DNA of 64,000 nucleotides from Phoronis australis (GCA_002633005.1 NMRA01000430.1:275926-339925); one strand, 5' to 3'; counted from the first letter of the stretch, positions 51,655 to 62,259 are shown. Notes: generated by a model not told the origin, from the sequence alone. Numbers and translations: made by a program.

Positions 51655-53590
51655 AATGTATGTATGTATGTATGTATGTATGATATATGTATGTATGTAT
51701 GTATGATGTATGTATGTATGTACGTATGTATGGTGTATGAATGTATGTATGTATGTATGTATGTATGTATGTATGTATCTATCTATCTATCTATCTATGT
51801 ATGTATGTATGTATATCTACAGATGTATTGTTATGAATTAAGCATTAAACATTAAACAATTTGTTCATCATGTATTCTGTGGAGCGTTGATATGTAACAC
51901 CATTTTTACTAAGGTGTCAGGTTTATTTATTTATTTAAGTATTCATACTATTGAATCCATATGTCAGTCTTTTAACGTATGTCTAATGTATGAATAGTTG
52001 TCAGTAGTTACCTTCTTATATTTTCTATTGCTTGCTGGCTTTGTAAATGTTGATGTTCCACATAAAAGTTCTTGAGAAAATGAAAGTTGTCGTAACGATA
52101 AGAAAAACGTGTTTATTTACATGTAACCTAATGGGAACAAGCTGAGTGTCCGTGACAAGTGATCACTTTTAATGACAGACACAGACAGGCAGACTGACAG
52201 GTAGACTGAATGACTGACAGACATACATACAGGCATACGAATAAACAAACAAACTAACAGATAGATATGTACTCTGACACACATTTCTTCAAAATATTTT
52301 CTAAAATTCTGAGGTTTAATCCACGAAACCAATCTTTTAAAACTTCCTCGTGCGCAGAGAAACATCTGATATACACGAAATAGTGAACGGACATTTATTG
52401 TCACATGAGCGCATCCCTATTCCTAAAAAATCGTGACTTAACGGAGATTGACGTAACTTCCGCAAACGTGAAACTACACGTATTAACAGCAAAGGCGAGA
52501 GTTAATTTATTAGTTGTGTTTTTCTAGATTGGCTTTATTTGAGCCGTCATGGCAACATTTAGTTATTTGATAATTGTGAAATTCGAACACATAATCTATA
52601 AAATTAACAAAAGAATAAAAACAAGTAATCACTGGAACCAAAAAAAAAAACAGGAAATATGCTCCACCGTCCTTGACATGAGGTTTATAGACTTTTATGA
52701 CGGTTCTGTTCTGGGAGAGTTTATCTCACGTACTCAAGTTTCTTGGCACCGTTACCTACTATGAGTTTCGCAATCCGACCTGATGCGAGCTGTCGTCTAT
52801 TGTTTTGACAGCACCAATTCTTGTGTTTTCAAGACTATTGACCCCGTGTCATGTTCTCGCGAGACTGATTCCCTCGCATGCGATTCCCTCGGCGCTATTG
52901 TCAATAAAAGACCTAATAACTTTAGACGGAGGATTGATCTAGGGGAAACAATTCACATTTCCCTAAGGAGCAGAGGAAATCTCTGGCAACAGAAAATGGA
53001 CATGACGCATATATAGTGAAACAGATGAATCGCCTCATATGGAGTAAGTGGTGGAAAGGGAGTTTTCAGCATTTCAAGTTATTAGTTAATGAATTTGGCC
53101 TGTTCTGTTTCAGCAAGAATTGATTATTTTCGAGAAATCACTGTCGCCGTTCCTCCCTTTCGCAACTACGTCTGTTGTCGAAAAATTGTTAGTGTAGGCC
53201 TACAGCTGGAGATCCAGAAGCAATTTTCATATTCAATTGCCAATAATTTTAAAACCTGCTAATCAGAGACATTCATTACTACCACTGACAGGGATCTGAA
53301 CATTGCATGGAGAAGAGAGATGAATAAAAGCAAGATGAGCGAGATTTAGTGAACACCATTCTCAAATCTCTTGTTTTGGGCCTGATGGAGTGTTAACGAG
53401 GAACTCCATTGATTCCACATTCGGGTTTATGCAGCGCACTGGTCTGATAACTACTTAAAACAAAATTACTAACAGCTGTAAGCGGCTTTGAGAAAAGAAT
53501 GAAGGTCTCACCTGCAAAGAATATCACAGCTATGTGGCAAACCAAAGCAGAGCGTATCATCTCATTCCACCATAAAAGCATGACTCTCAT
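23544..53590 (-). CDS. 15-exon gene, 645 aa: secreted, probably GPI-anchored Cys-rich protein with four repeated modules (DUF7042/7043-like, tentative) and a central ShK-like domain
   Basis: Exons 53590-53512, 42490-42229, 39932-39802, 38112-38030, 37458-37350, 37051-36957, 36035-35903, 35485-35369, 34382-34178, 33644-33580, 32499-32392, 31447-31256, 30462-30377, 29546-29405, 23674-23544. All introns are GT-AG with matching phases, giving 1938 nt with no internal stop. N-terminal signal peptide; C-terminus CLVLTIFLLFLS*. Confidence 0.88.
23992..25684. mobile_element. TTAA-flanked Kolobok-type non-autonomous element carrying a THAP remnant
   Basis: TTAA|AGGAGCATGCCACCC ... GGGTGGCATTCTCCT|TTAA; same family as 1198-2272. 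Confidence 0.82.
25259..25519 (-). pseudogene. THAP zinc-finger remnant (transposase N-terminus)
   Basis: MPLCHGC...FFLLPRESEMLRKWLMVVK...SKYEVVKHL resembles the THAP pattern Cx2-4C...FP...W...C..HF with a degenerate end. Confidence 0.55.
25770..28480 (+). mobile_element. Academ DNA transposon, internally deleted and degenerate
   Basis: TAA|TAACCAGGTT ... AACCTGACTA|TAA (3-bp TSD). About 400-bp imperfect TIRs with repeated GGC(C/G)GCCATCTTG motifs. Frameshifted transposase motifs: HYEFNLTPRAVFAASGAMLSCTDKS, IILVFDT, SLKQATREKRR, DHEKAG, FSPDMDLLVL, ALPTFHAFT, ALKQHMLRVFFQARVW, APEAIIEMVRCQCK..CSC. Confidence 0.85.
28641..29070. mobile_element. 430-bp MITE with 9-bp TSD (Mutator/MULE-like)
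   Basis: CGTTGATCC|CAGCCTCGTTCCCAAGCCTCAAGATGGC ... GCCATCTTGACGCTTGTGGACGAGGCTA|CGTTGATCC. Confidence 0.8.
29405..29546 (-). CDS. Exon 14 (VMTSYDKTGRWFEGRVMHKMATVQC...FYLYD)
   Basis: ACTAG acceptor, GTAGGT donor, phase 0 to 1. An alternative phase-1 GTGAGA donor lies 27 nt upstream. Confidence 0.8.
30377..30462 (-). CDS. Exon 13 (EHMCLAVIEEEYVTLLLTQRRLREEYNCW)
   Basis: TACAG acceptor, GTAAGT donor, phase 1 to 0. Confidence 0.85.
31256..31447 (-). CDS. Exon 12 (SQSEPSQPVPCRLAAN...CKGNVTDWDSRTC...CDIDTT)
   Basis: TACAG acceptor, GTAATA donor, phase 1 to 1. Confidence 0.85.
31815..31970. mobile_element. About 155-bp PIF/Harbinger-like MITE, copy 1
   Basis: CTG|GGCTCAGTTGCATAAA ... TTTATGCAACTCAGCC|CAG; homologous to 58691-58838 and 61493-61648. 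Confidence 0.75.
32392..32499 (-). CDS. Exon 11 (SASYDRDVDIYKLCRFMDDEYPLKDSIRSQHYKHLV)
   Basis: TACAG acceptor, GTAAGT donor, phase 1 to 1. Confidence 0.85.
32960..33115 (+). mobile_element. Degenerate tRNA-derived SINE
   Basis: A-box-like TGACTCTCAGTGG and B-box-like GGTTAGAATCC at tRNA spacing, with GAGTAAATGAGAACCTGG downstream. Confidence 0.4.
33580..33644 (-). CDS. Exon 10 (CRPRYTCMDFQIINANVLRYRR)
   Basis: TTCAG acceptor, GTAAGG donor, phase 2 to 1. Confidence 0.88.
34178..34382 (-). CDS. Exon 9 (PTVDIATPKCQLPDTYRKTW...FVCKEK...YDNG)
   Basis: TTTAG acceptor, GTAAGT donor, phase 1 to 2. Confidence 0.88.
34922..35344. mobile_element. About 420-bp Harbinger-like MITE
   Basis: About 55-bp imperfect TIRs: GCCGGGTTGCATGAAACAGTCCCAAATAAGGGCTCAACTAAGT vs ACTTAGTTGAGTCCCTATTTGGGACTTTTTCGTGCAACCGGC. 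Confidence 0.7.
35369..35485 (-). CDS. Exon 8, ShK-like domain (SNSCFDEPGFANSCDTLPPDIRCGPNKKDDCRLACGLC)
   Basis: TCTAG acceptor, GTAAGT donor, symmetric phase 1-1; six Cys ending CxxxCxxC. Confidence 0.88.
35903..36035 (-). CDS. Exon 7 (RFPERMETDFTVQLYFNAVTP...YLELRMSRA)
   Basis: TACAG acceptor, GTGAAG donor, phase 0 to 1. Confidence 0.82.
36957..37051 (-). CDS. Exon 6 (ETLTCFASWREGDFIFILLLAPGHSLPQYTM)
   Basis: AACAG acceptor, GTCAGT donor, phase 1 to 0. Confidence 0.85.
37350..37458 (-). CDS. Exon 5 (KVCSGRKLFWLESECTKGEGIRLQYPGECSPFGQDR)
   Basis: TTTCAG acceptor, GTAAGA donor, phase 0 to 1. Confidence 0.88.
38030..38112 (-). CDS. Exon 4 (SQKKEWMFCPLSGGYRFQVYDPTRNGE)
   Basis: TACAG acceptor, GTGAGG donor, phase 1 to 0. 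Confidence 0.88.
39337..39648. mobile_element. 312-bp TTAA-flanked MITE (Kolobok-type termini)
   Basis: TTAA|AGCTACATTTCGCCCTGTTTAG ... CTAAACAGGGCGAAATGCACCT|TTAA. Confidence 0.78.
39802..39932 (-). CDS. Exon 3 (PVLYFCIKFVDRGNVVQ...LCDTLEVDEWPWL)
   Basis: TCCAG acceptor, GTAGGT donor, phase 2 to 1. Confidence 0.88.
41688..42020. mobile_element. 333-bp TTAA-flanked MITE with about 70-bp imperfect TIRs
   Basis: TTAA|AGCGGCATTTAACT...CCACTTACCGTTA vs TAACGGTAGCTGG...AGTTTAATGCCGAT|TTAA. Confidence 0.65.
42229..42490 (-). CDS. Exon 2 (VVQSECEFPDFVQS...RKCVRRQARDTFLVQHFQEN)
   Basis: TGTAG acceptor, GTGAGT donor, phase 1 to 2. Confidence 0.88.
42563..42823. mobile_element. hAT-like MITE
   Basis: CATGGGCGCACCCAG ... 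CTGGGTGCGCGCATG TIRs, with CATAT on both flanks. Confidence 0.6.
43496..43950. mobile_element. Foldback element with about 205-bp TIRs built of 21-bp subrepeats
   Basis: GTA|TCAAGGTGCCTAAACTACACG ... CGTGTAGTTTAGGTACCTTGA|GTA; arms made of CACGG-N-TCACGGACTCACAAA-like units. Confidence 0.8.
46149..46754. mobile_element. Left part of a TTAA-inserted element present in only one of the duplicated copies
   Basis: Copy 1 continues TTAA|AGGCGAAGGCAACCC, whereas copy 2 continues TTAA|GAACAC. The element is truncated by the N at 46755. Confidence 0.55.
47336..47791. mobile_element. Second copy of the foldback element (within the duplication)
   Basis: Same termini and flanks as 43496-43950. Confidence 0.78.
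50399..50777. repeat. Near-perfect palindrome (about 180-bp arms, 17-nt spacer) centred on a tRNA/SINE-like head
   Basis: Arms 50399-50580 and 50598-50777. The minus strand reads GTGGTGCAGTGGTAAAGCAC...GGTCGTGAGTTCGAGTC (A and B boxes). Confidence 0.85.
51590..51818. repeat. Compound microsatellite (TA)n(TATG)n(TATC)n
   Basis: Directly visible. Confidence 0.97.
52173..52266. repeat. Degenerate (GACA)n/(AAAC)n microsatellite
   Basis: Directly visible. Confidence 0.7.
53512..53590 (-). CDS. Exon 1 (signal peptide MRVMLLWWNEMIRSALVCHIAVIFFAG)
   Basis: ATG, hydrophobic core and a G|GTGAGA phase-1 donor that fits exon 2. Confidence 0.72.
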
Positions 53591-55833
53591 GTTACCAGAA
53601 ATGTCTTCCTCTCGATATCAACAATGAGAAAGCTCTTGAACACTACCCGCTCGCTGCGTTTTGTCAATCACTCCGCTCTCGGCAGCGAATCGCACTGAAT
53701 AAAATGCAGTGATTCATGTGAACTGAAAGGCAATAAACGCCGACTGGCAGCTTCCCTTCGCTGTGACGTATTGAAATCATTAATATATGAGACTTAACAC
53801 AAATGAATTAGTGCTATGCTCAAATATTGAATTCGCTGATCAGGAAGCCATGCAAAAATGAACTGCTGGCTTACTAAGTTTTCCATTAATTGTGACCAGG
53901 TGGCGTTGGAGTTTTGGCTAGTTGCATAATAATAAATTAACGAATGTTATTAGGCACTCTGAACTCATACCACCACGTAAGCAGTTCAGATTTATGCACA
54001 CATTTCCCCCAATACAGACAGATCAGCCGCTAACATAAAACATTACGTTACCATGGTTACCGCAGATGCGCGCGGCTAATGAAGTTAACATTATGTCTGA
54101 TTTGTGGAAATGAACCACAGAAATCTTTCCATAATAGTCGGGAAAAAACTTTGGCGTTGGCAAACGCAGACTTTAAAGGTGCAACGCTGTTACGCTAATG
54201 AAAAAACAAGAGAGAAGGCATCAATGTTTTGCTGATCAAAGCAAATCGATATGACTGAATGAAATAAGAAATTGCAGATCTTGAAGATATTACGTACTTT
54301 TACTGCATGTTTCGGATTTTTGGAATAACCACTTAATCACTTTATACGTTTCGAATACATTCGCCCCTAAATAACTTTCGACAAGCAAGTTTATTGTCTT
54401 TGAATGGCAATAAAGATAAAATACCAATGCGATGTGTGGTGCCTATGTTTAAGTGTGTATGCATCCAAAGAGTGTACGGTTGTCATAAAAAATACAACTC
54501 GCAGACAGAGGCATAACCGCTCCACTTGTAGACTGCGCTACAACGTGTTGTCGTCAGAGGCGGTACTTAGCAAGTTAAGTTAATGCCTGGCACCACGGAA
54601 CCTCAGTGATGCAACACTGGGACAACCAGTAATATTCGAATACATGTAAAACTTAGTTCAAGAAAAAAAGCAAAGTTGATTCTAGTCTTTACCTCGACTC
54701 ATTTTGAGACCTGTGCTCACCGGCGAAAAAACAATGTCCGCATCAATTTCCCCCGGGTCTCGTTCTTTGTTTTTGAAAAGCTGCACAAAGGCACGTAAGC
54801 AATGGTAAGCAAGGTTTACTAAAAATAAAAACAAACCCTGCATTATTTTTCTCGTCTCAAGTAGATTTTCTGCTTTGAACAACTGAGCAACAAATAAATA
54901 CTGAACCACCAAGTCGATTTGAAAAACACAGATCAAAACCAACTATGCTTTTTTGGCCTTACCTTCAGTGTATGAAACTATAACGTCAAAAGGGAGGTCA
55001 ACCACAGATTTTAAAGAGACGTGTTCATGCAACACCTAAGAAACGGCATGCCTGCGTCGTTTATTGCTTCTCACGGTCCAGAGAGGTTGGTACGGAACCC
55101 TTACCTTTGCCCCGCCTCGAAATCCGCGTGTGGACGTAATCTACTAGCTTTCCTTTGGCGTGCAGCAATAAATACTAATTGCAGTCCATGTGAAGCATTA
55201 CTTTCCCTATATGACGGCTATCCCAATTCATATTAGGTCCCTCTTTCTACAAAATGCACGGTATTGTCCGTCTACTTGTTCATAAACACTCACTTAAATT
55301 CGCAGCATGTGTCGCGGTTTTTCATTTCAGTAATTCGTTGCATTTTACGGGTACATTTGACTATATCGCTTGAATTCGCGGTAACTCATTTTTCGAATTC
55401 ATTAATTGATTGGAAACAAACATTTAACGGGAACATGTGCATCAAATAAATAAGTTCAGAGATAAAATCTTTTTTCACATTTTACAGGTTCACACGTTCC
55501 TTGATTCGCCTAATGGTATGAATTTATTTGTTTCACTGATTTATGGAGTTTAGTTGCACGCCGCATTTTACAGATTTATTACTTGGTCGACGCATATTAT
55601 AGTTTCATTAATTTGTTGCATTTTAGCGTTCATACATTGATTGCATTTTACAAATCAAATCATTCTACAAGTAAACTCTATACCAGATTAGCAAATTTTC
55701 CGAAAACTTTTACTTTCTACATTATCTCTATTTTTCGCATTCATGGGTGCACTTCCTTTCTAAATATAACTGAAACAAAAAATACTACTTGATTCACTTC
55801 CACATGTTCTCAATGAAGACAAGTATGTCGCTG

Positions 55834-56073
55834 TGTTTATAAATAAAACAAGATATCTAAGTTCTGGCATGTTTCGATGTACTCACACATCTTCTTGAGG
55901 AAAAGGATTTTGTCATTGATCTTGTTAATACGCAGCTGCGCACTTGGCTTACTGGTGTACAATGTACACAGTTTGGGCCTTGCTCATTAGGTGGCCAATG
56001 TATTCCTGATGATGATGTGTGTGGGTACATCGAAGTATGCCCGAACTTAAATATGCTCTTTTATTCATAAACA
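55834..56073. mobile_element. Inverted repeat (about 70-bp arms) carrying hammerhead-like cores; Penelope-like element remnant
   Basis: Plus arm: CTGATGA-T-GATGT-GTGTGGGT-ACATC-GAAG. Minus arm: CTCAAGA-A-GATGT-GTGAGT-ACATC-GAAACATG. Confidence 0.55.
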
Positions 56074-56542
56074 TATCTGATTATCTCTAATGAACTGGTC
56101 TTAAATTTTCCCTTGCCAAAAAGCAATTGGTTTTTATTATCGAAAGGAAATGAAATTCACTTCCTATAGTGGTATGCGAAAGTTCGAGGGGCATTTTTAA
56201 TGTGGAATAAGCTGGGTTGTAATACTGAATGAAAAAAAATGTTCCTTCAGAAATTCGATGTATTTTTGAGATTTGTTATTTTGTCGCATTTTATTAATTC
56301 ACTGCTTCCTCGTAACTACATGTACGAAACAGACTCACCCGCTGAATGGCAGTAAAGAGCATTGTGTGCTGCACTGACAGGCGAAATGATTTTTTAAGAT
56401 TGCTGGACTACAAATAGTCGCTATCAGTTTCTAATAACTGAACATTTCATAACTACATATTATGCGTCGTTTTGTGGTGCTTATTTGCAATTGGTATTTT
56501 GAGAAAAAAGTTTGTTTCGTTAGCACTTAATGAAATCAATCT

Positions 56543-56616
56543 CACGGGTACTACACCACAACATAACCCCGACTCACAGGGTACTACGTCACCACAACAT
56601 AACCCTCGACTCACAG
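56543..56616. repeat. Two-copy tandem repeat of about 36 bp
   Basis: GGGTACTAC(GTC)ACCACAACATAACCC(T)CGACTCACA occurs twice. Confidence 0.8.
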
Positions 56617-58690
56617 CTCTGTGTGACAAAGTAGTGTAACTGAGGAACTGTAATGCCTGCTAGCCAAAAGGGTACGAAAGAGTACATTTTCATTCCCTAC
56701 CAAAGGGTCACTGTAGGAGTCCAAGAATCTTCAAAATGGGGTTCCTTAAATCTAGTACGTAAATCTTCAGAAGGAACAACAATTTTCGCATTTTAACGTG
56801 TTTTCGAATGTGATTTAAAAAAGAACTGTCCAAGTTGCCACATTCTAAACATTGTAGTATAAAATTGAAATCTCAGCCTACAAAATGACTTCAATTCTGC
56901 CCCTGGAGATTGCAAATTGGTGGCAGCCTGTTGTGCTTCAGTGATCCATAGAATACAACGACAAGAGGTCAATCTCGGGTGGCAATTCTTCGAAACATCT
57001 GCCGCTTACTAACCCTCCACTTTGCACTACAAGATCCACAGAGAAGGCCCCGTGAAACATGATCTACCTTTATATCCCTCTTTCGGACATTTGAGATAAT
57101 TTGATTCACCTTTTGTATCATATTTTTATTGTTGGTCTTATTGTATTAGTCTTTTCTGTGTTAGTATAAGTCCATTTGGAGTATAGCCCAACTATACGGA
57201 TACACGGTACAGATTTCAAGTGGCGTGACTTGTTTTTTTTTTCAAAATTAAATGAAATGCATAGTTCCGACAAACGCCATTAGGGCACCTCACCATATTT
57301 ATCGTTGCAAAGCAAACAATATGGAAGACCCCTGTATGCAGTAATAAACAATTTCCAATGACATTTCACTGAAACTATCATTAGCACTGCACCACACAAT
57401 CACAAAGGGCCCGGTTTAAGAAAATTAACTGTTTCGCACACTGGTGTATCCACGATTTCAAGTCACATAGACCTTGTGAAAGAAAAAGACAAGGCTGATG
57501 CAACGTTGTTTTGTGGTTTAGGCGATGATTACAAATCACTGAAAGCAGACTGACTGGTAAGAATCTTAAAGCAAGATTCTCCGAGAGCGGCAACACTCGT
57601 TGTACACTAATGGTGTACTGGTTTTATTTCTCTATCCCATAGTTGATATACAGATACATATGTGTGGGTAAAAACGCAATTATATATTTTTCTTTCTCTT
57701 CTTTACTGACACTTCACTCTGACTCGAAGTCGAGTATTCCGGAGTTTCATTCCCTTGCATGCATTCATTCATTCACTAGTGAGACCGAGCTCCGAGGAGT
57801 AGGAGAATCTTTTCTGCAGTGCTCGATTGTCTTCCAGTAAAGCCAGCATTCTCGCAAACGGGACTCTGGAGTTCGAACCACTGAGCCATGCTGTCCCATC
57901 ATTATTCAAAATTGTACAGGTAGTAACAGGACACAGTTTAACACTAATGGACGATCAGAAGAAATTCACAGTTCTGTTTCTGACATATACGGTATTGGTC
58001 ATCTCTGACAGATGCTCTGTGAATGACTGCGTCGTCCAGTTTACTGCAGAGATAAACAACCAAGCATGAACACATCTGTAATTTGATGGTAAAGTAAAAT
58101 GATACTACCACTGCCACTGCCAATGACACTGATAACGGTCAAAATTAGTATCCTTAATTAGTAAATATACATCATGGACTTCATGGGACATCTGACATAA
58201 TTTGTTTGTTTTATGATTTGTTCGCGCTCGTTCCAACTATGTACAAAGCAATCTCGAAATTCACCAAATGTAAAAATGCGTTTCCAAAAAGGAAACAGGG
58301 TTTATGTGTATCGGACACTAGTCTTTTTTATTATTTCCTCAAAACATAAAATCAGCTAGCAGCTGCACATTTACACTGCAAGAAAGAAGACCGCTCGTTG
58401 AACTCTTCTGCGATAATTACATTACCGTAAAAAGCAACTGATTTGATATGCACAGCTGTGAGTTTGTAAGATTGGATTACCGCTCCACCGTCGTCAAAAA
58501 TAATTACTTTCCTTTTCAATTTCCAAAATAATAAGTTGTAGTGAAGCGCATTACGATGTGAAACTAAATGTAAACCATCAAAAGTTCTTACAGAAGGTTA
58601 TCCACCGAATTACTCCGCAGTCGGAGGTACATCAGAATCTTACGCAATTTACCAAATGAATTAAATGTGTTGAACGTATTGAATGCCCCC

Positions 58691-58838
58691 CAGGGCCTAG
58701 TTGCATGAAAGTTTTACGCTGCATAGCATCAATGACGGCGCATTATCACGCGACGTTGCCTGTTGTTGAACAATACACCTGCCGTCACGCAACAATCAAA
58801 CGTATCCAGCGGTTTTAGTTTTATGTAACCCAGCCCTG
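58691..58838. mobile_element. About 150-bp Harbinger-like MITE, copy 2
   Basis: CAG|GGCCTAGTTGCATGAAA ... TTTATGTAACCCAGCC|CTG; internal homology to the copy at 31815. Confidence 0.7.
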
Positions 58839-59859
58839 CTTCACAACATCATATCTGCTTTTCCTATTGTCATTTGTACATCCTTTAAATTTCATGTTAA
58901 CTTCTTTGGGAAATGATCACAAGGCATCAAAAGTTTTAACTACCGGTACTAATCCGCTACACGGTTTATAAGCCTGCGTTCTGTTGTACGAAACTAAATT
59001 TTGATTCAGACCATTTCTCACTTTAAAATTGGTTCCAACTTGTTCTTTAATCATATGAGAAGTAAATTTGGTCTTGCGGAGAACCGATTATTCGTAACTC
59101 CCCGAGACCATGATCAATGAATAAAATGACCCGCCCTGACAAGCCAACTTGTAGAGCCTCGGTCTCAAGCAATAACAAATTGCCAATTCTTGCAAAGCCC
59201 AGAAATCAAATCTGTTTTGACGAAGGAACAATTGGAGACCTAATTCATAAGTGCAAGTGGTCTAAAACAAAAATGTGTTTGTGTTAAAGATAATTGGTAT
59301 TGAGACACTTTAAATTTGTGCACGTTGTTTAACATTGACGCGACTTTTTTCAGCGTATATGTGACTACCAATATTTCATTGAGAACATGTTCAATAAGAT
59401 TGCTAATTCGTGCGGAAAGGAAACACGTTCGCGTAATCCATTTAGTGCTCCGCACTTTGGAAATATTTGCGTCGCATGTATTGGTGGCTAAAAATATATT
59501 AATTACAACTATTTTTGATTTCCCTTTTCAATTGTAGTTTTGGATACGAGAACTAACCAAACTCATAAATTCGACAAAAGGTAGAATAATGTATTTTCCT
59601 CGTTAGAAAAGCGCACGATTTGTAAAAAACGCAGAGATATTCTCTGCACATCGCAGAATTCCCCCCCCCCCCCCNCGTTATTTAGCTTTTCTTTTTTGAC
59701 TTGGCAACAAGAACAAGCAAACACAATCAAACATTTTTTTATTTTCTCAAACAAGACGGTCTTATCTGGTTTTTGTGTTAACAAAAAATCGTCAACAAAA
59801 TGGCGCAGCGAACATTTTCTGGATTAACTCTTTTATTGTACAATGTATTTTTCAAGAAA

Positions 59860-60035
59860 CAATAACAATAATAGTTCTTACGCCAAATTTTACATAGCGC
59901 TTCAAATTCCTAAGCTTTTTAACATTATTACCGAGCGATGGACCTGATCAATCCTTCGCAACTCCACCGGCCTGAACATACAATGCGTGCAAACGTGGGC
60001 GCACGATCAATCAAGACATACGTATTATAAGTTTC
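59860..60035 (-). mobile_element. 3' remnant of an L2-tailed SINE
   Basis: The minus strand ends ...TAATAATGTTAAAAAGC...AAGCGCTATGTAAAA...CTATTATTGTTATT, an L2/SINE-type tail. Confidence 0.35.
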
Positions 60036-61189
60036 AAGGACTAAAATGCCCCAATGGTTACTTGAAATGGAAAAACATCAAAGACAATTATTTTTGACAA
60101 TGTGATGTAACTATTTCTGTTCCTATTTGCGGGTCTAATTGACTCTAATTCGCGTTATATTTCCGGCGGGACGAGAGGGCGCCTTTTCCGATTAAGTTTC
60201 CTACGCCTTGGGTTAATTTCATGGGTAAGTAAATGTACAACTGTAACTGGTGTGTTGGACCACAGCCTATTGCAACTGTATAAACTGTTATTCAAAAAGT
60301 CTCTGTTTGTGCTGACCTTCCTTGCGAAGCATGAACTGTTTGGATTTTTCGTTGCGACAATTTTGTGGTGTGTGAGGTTGCACAAACTGTCGTTAACTTC
60401 GAATTGCGACGTTTGTGCAATTATGACACTTTATAGACAACGAGGGACCTAAATATGAAAGGATACATGTGTACAGCATTGGAAATATGAATTAAACGGC
60501 AATTAGTCGATGCTATTATCACAGAGCCTCGTTCAGTCATCGGGGTCCCATGAATATGAAATGATACATTGATGTTACATTTCGCACAGTTTATTTGGCT
60601 AGAAATGGCCATCACATTAGGCCTTTTACTTTTATAGAACTGCTCCCACCGTGATAGGGTCCCATTTCAGTCACCAACTCTGAAGTCATGCACACACAAT
60701 GCGCACATGAGTCATGTTTGAATTCGCAACACTCATGTTGGCAACCCCCAATAAACTCTGAAGCGTTTTCACAAGTGAACTGTTCCAAATACTCTTACAT
60801 GCCGGTCGCCACTTGCGTTTCGTCCACGCGCCTAGAAGCCTCCCATCCCACGTCCCCGCTTCCCTGTCCTATCGAGATTATGACCGTGACGTGGCACAAT
60901 GAGCCTACGCACAAGAGTTGGCGATATATCTTCATCGACCTTTCCTGTGGAAGTCTCCTATGGTTTCCAAGCGCCTCAGTGGGCTCACTAAGAGGCGAAT
61001 TCAAGAACAGAAAATGTTCAGAAGTATTGACAAAAGAACACGAACACAAGACGCTTTAACATCGCATTTCACGTTACCCAGGAACACATTGTACCACCGG
61101 CAATAGTTCTCGCGGGTCCTGAGCCGCTCACTACTCTGCACTTCGTCAGTTATGACATCACGAGACAGGCACGGTTCGGACGGATAATG

Positions 61190-61388
61190 ACTTTGGTGTC
61201 TATGATGGACGTGTATCTGAAGCCAGTGGTAACACAGAAAATGATGGAAGTGGACGCCATGGTATTGGTGACAAGGACGAATGTGTACTTGACGGCACTG
61301 GTGACAATGATGCGCGTCTACCTGATGGTAGTGGTGACACTGATATGGTGACAATGGTGGACGTGTATCTGGTGGTAGTGGTAACACC
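61190..61388. repeat. Degenerate minisatellite (GGTGACAATGGTGGACGTGTATCT-like units)
   Basis: Repeated GTGGTAACAC/GGTGACA/GGACGTGTATCT motifs. Confidence 0.6.
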
Positions 61389-61492
61389 AGCCTACCCCTG
61401 TATACATATATATTGTTCCTATATCAAAAAACTGTATCAGATAATTGAAATAAATATACTGAACAGTGTTTGACTGTTTTCAAATTGAAAAC

Positions 61493-61648
61493 CTGGGTCT
61501 AGTTGCATAAAAGTGATACGTCGTATAGCAACAATGACGTCGCATTATCGTGCATCACGTTGTTATTGTTGAACAATGCACCCGACGTCACGTAACAATC
61601 AAACTTATCCAGCGGATAACTTTTGAAGCTTTAGGCAACTCGGCCCTG
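61493..61648. mobile_element. About 155-bp Harbinger-like MITE, copy 3
   Basis: CTG|GGTCTAGTTGCATAAAA ... GGCAACTCGGCC|CTG (CTG duplication). Confidence 0.75.
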
Positions 61649-62259
61649 AAATATAGATTTTGCTTGGCAGCATGTCGTGAACATTGCAGCTAGACCAGGA
61701 CTACTTTATCCACATTCTTTCAGGCATAGCTTCTATTGTCAGTGATGCAGTTCATTAGCTTAAACACAATGCTGGAAATTCCTTTCCAATGAATATCTCG
61801 TGGCTTTGGGTATTTTTGTTTACAAAATCGCTATTACTTGACCAACTTTAAAAATTCAAGAACCCACATAGCCCAACTTTTACAGTCCTATACAGATTTT
61901 ATAGTTTCAATTAGTTTTCATGTCTCAAAAAAGAAAATGGAAAAATAAAGCCTGGATGTTTTCAAGCCTTCTATTTAGATAATCACTACCTGATAAGAAA
62001 CAGCAATTACCCTCACTATCAGAATAGAGACACTATTAATAACTATCTCCCTATTGTGAATGGAATGTGGATAGAACTGGTCCATCTGACCACCTGGCAT
62101 CCGAGAAATTCATAAGATTTCACCAAACTGATCCTCATCTTGTTTAAAAGGGATATTTACAGTATTAGGACCACTAAATTTCAGTAACTTGAGTAAAAAG
62201 TATAATTGTTGACAAAATAAGGAAAGTTTGCATTCCATGTTAATTAAAATTTATGGGTG

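Noticed and set aside
51628-51855. MYVC-repeat ORF
   Set aside because: Translation of a (TATG)n microsatellite.
61001-61387. His/Cys-rich 128-aa ORF, possible metal-binding protein
   Set aside because: It derives from a degenerate minisatellite, has a non-ATG start and has no splice support.
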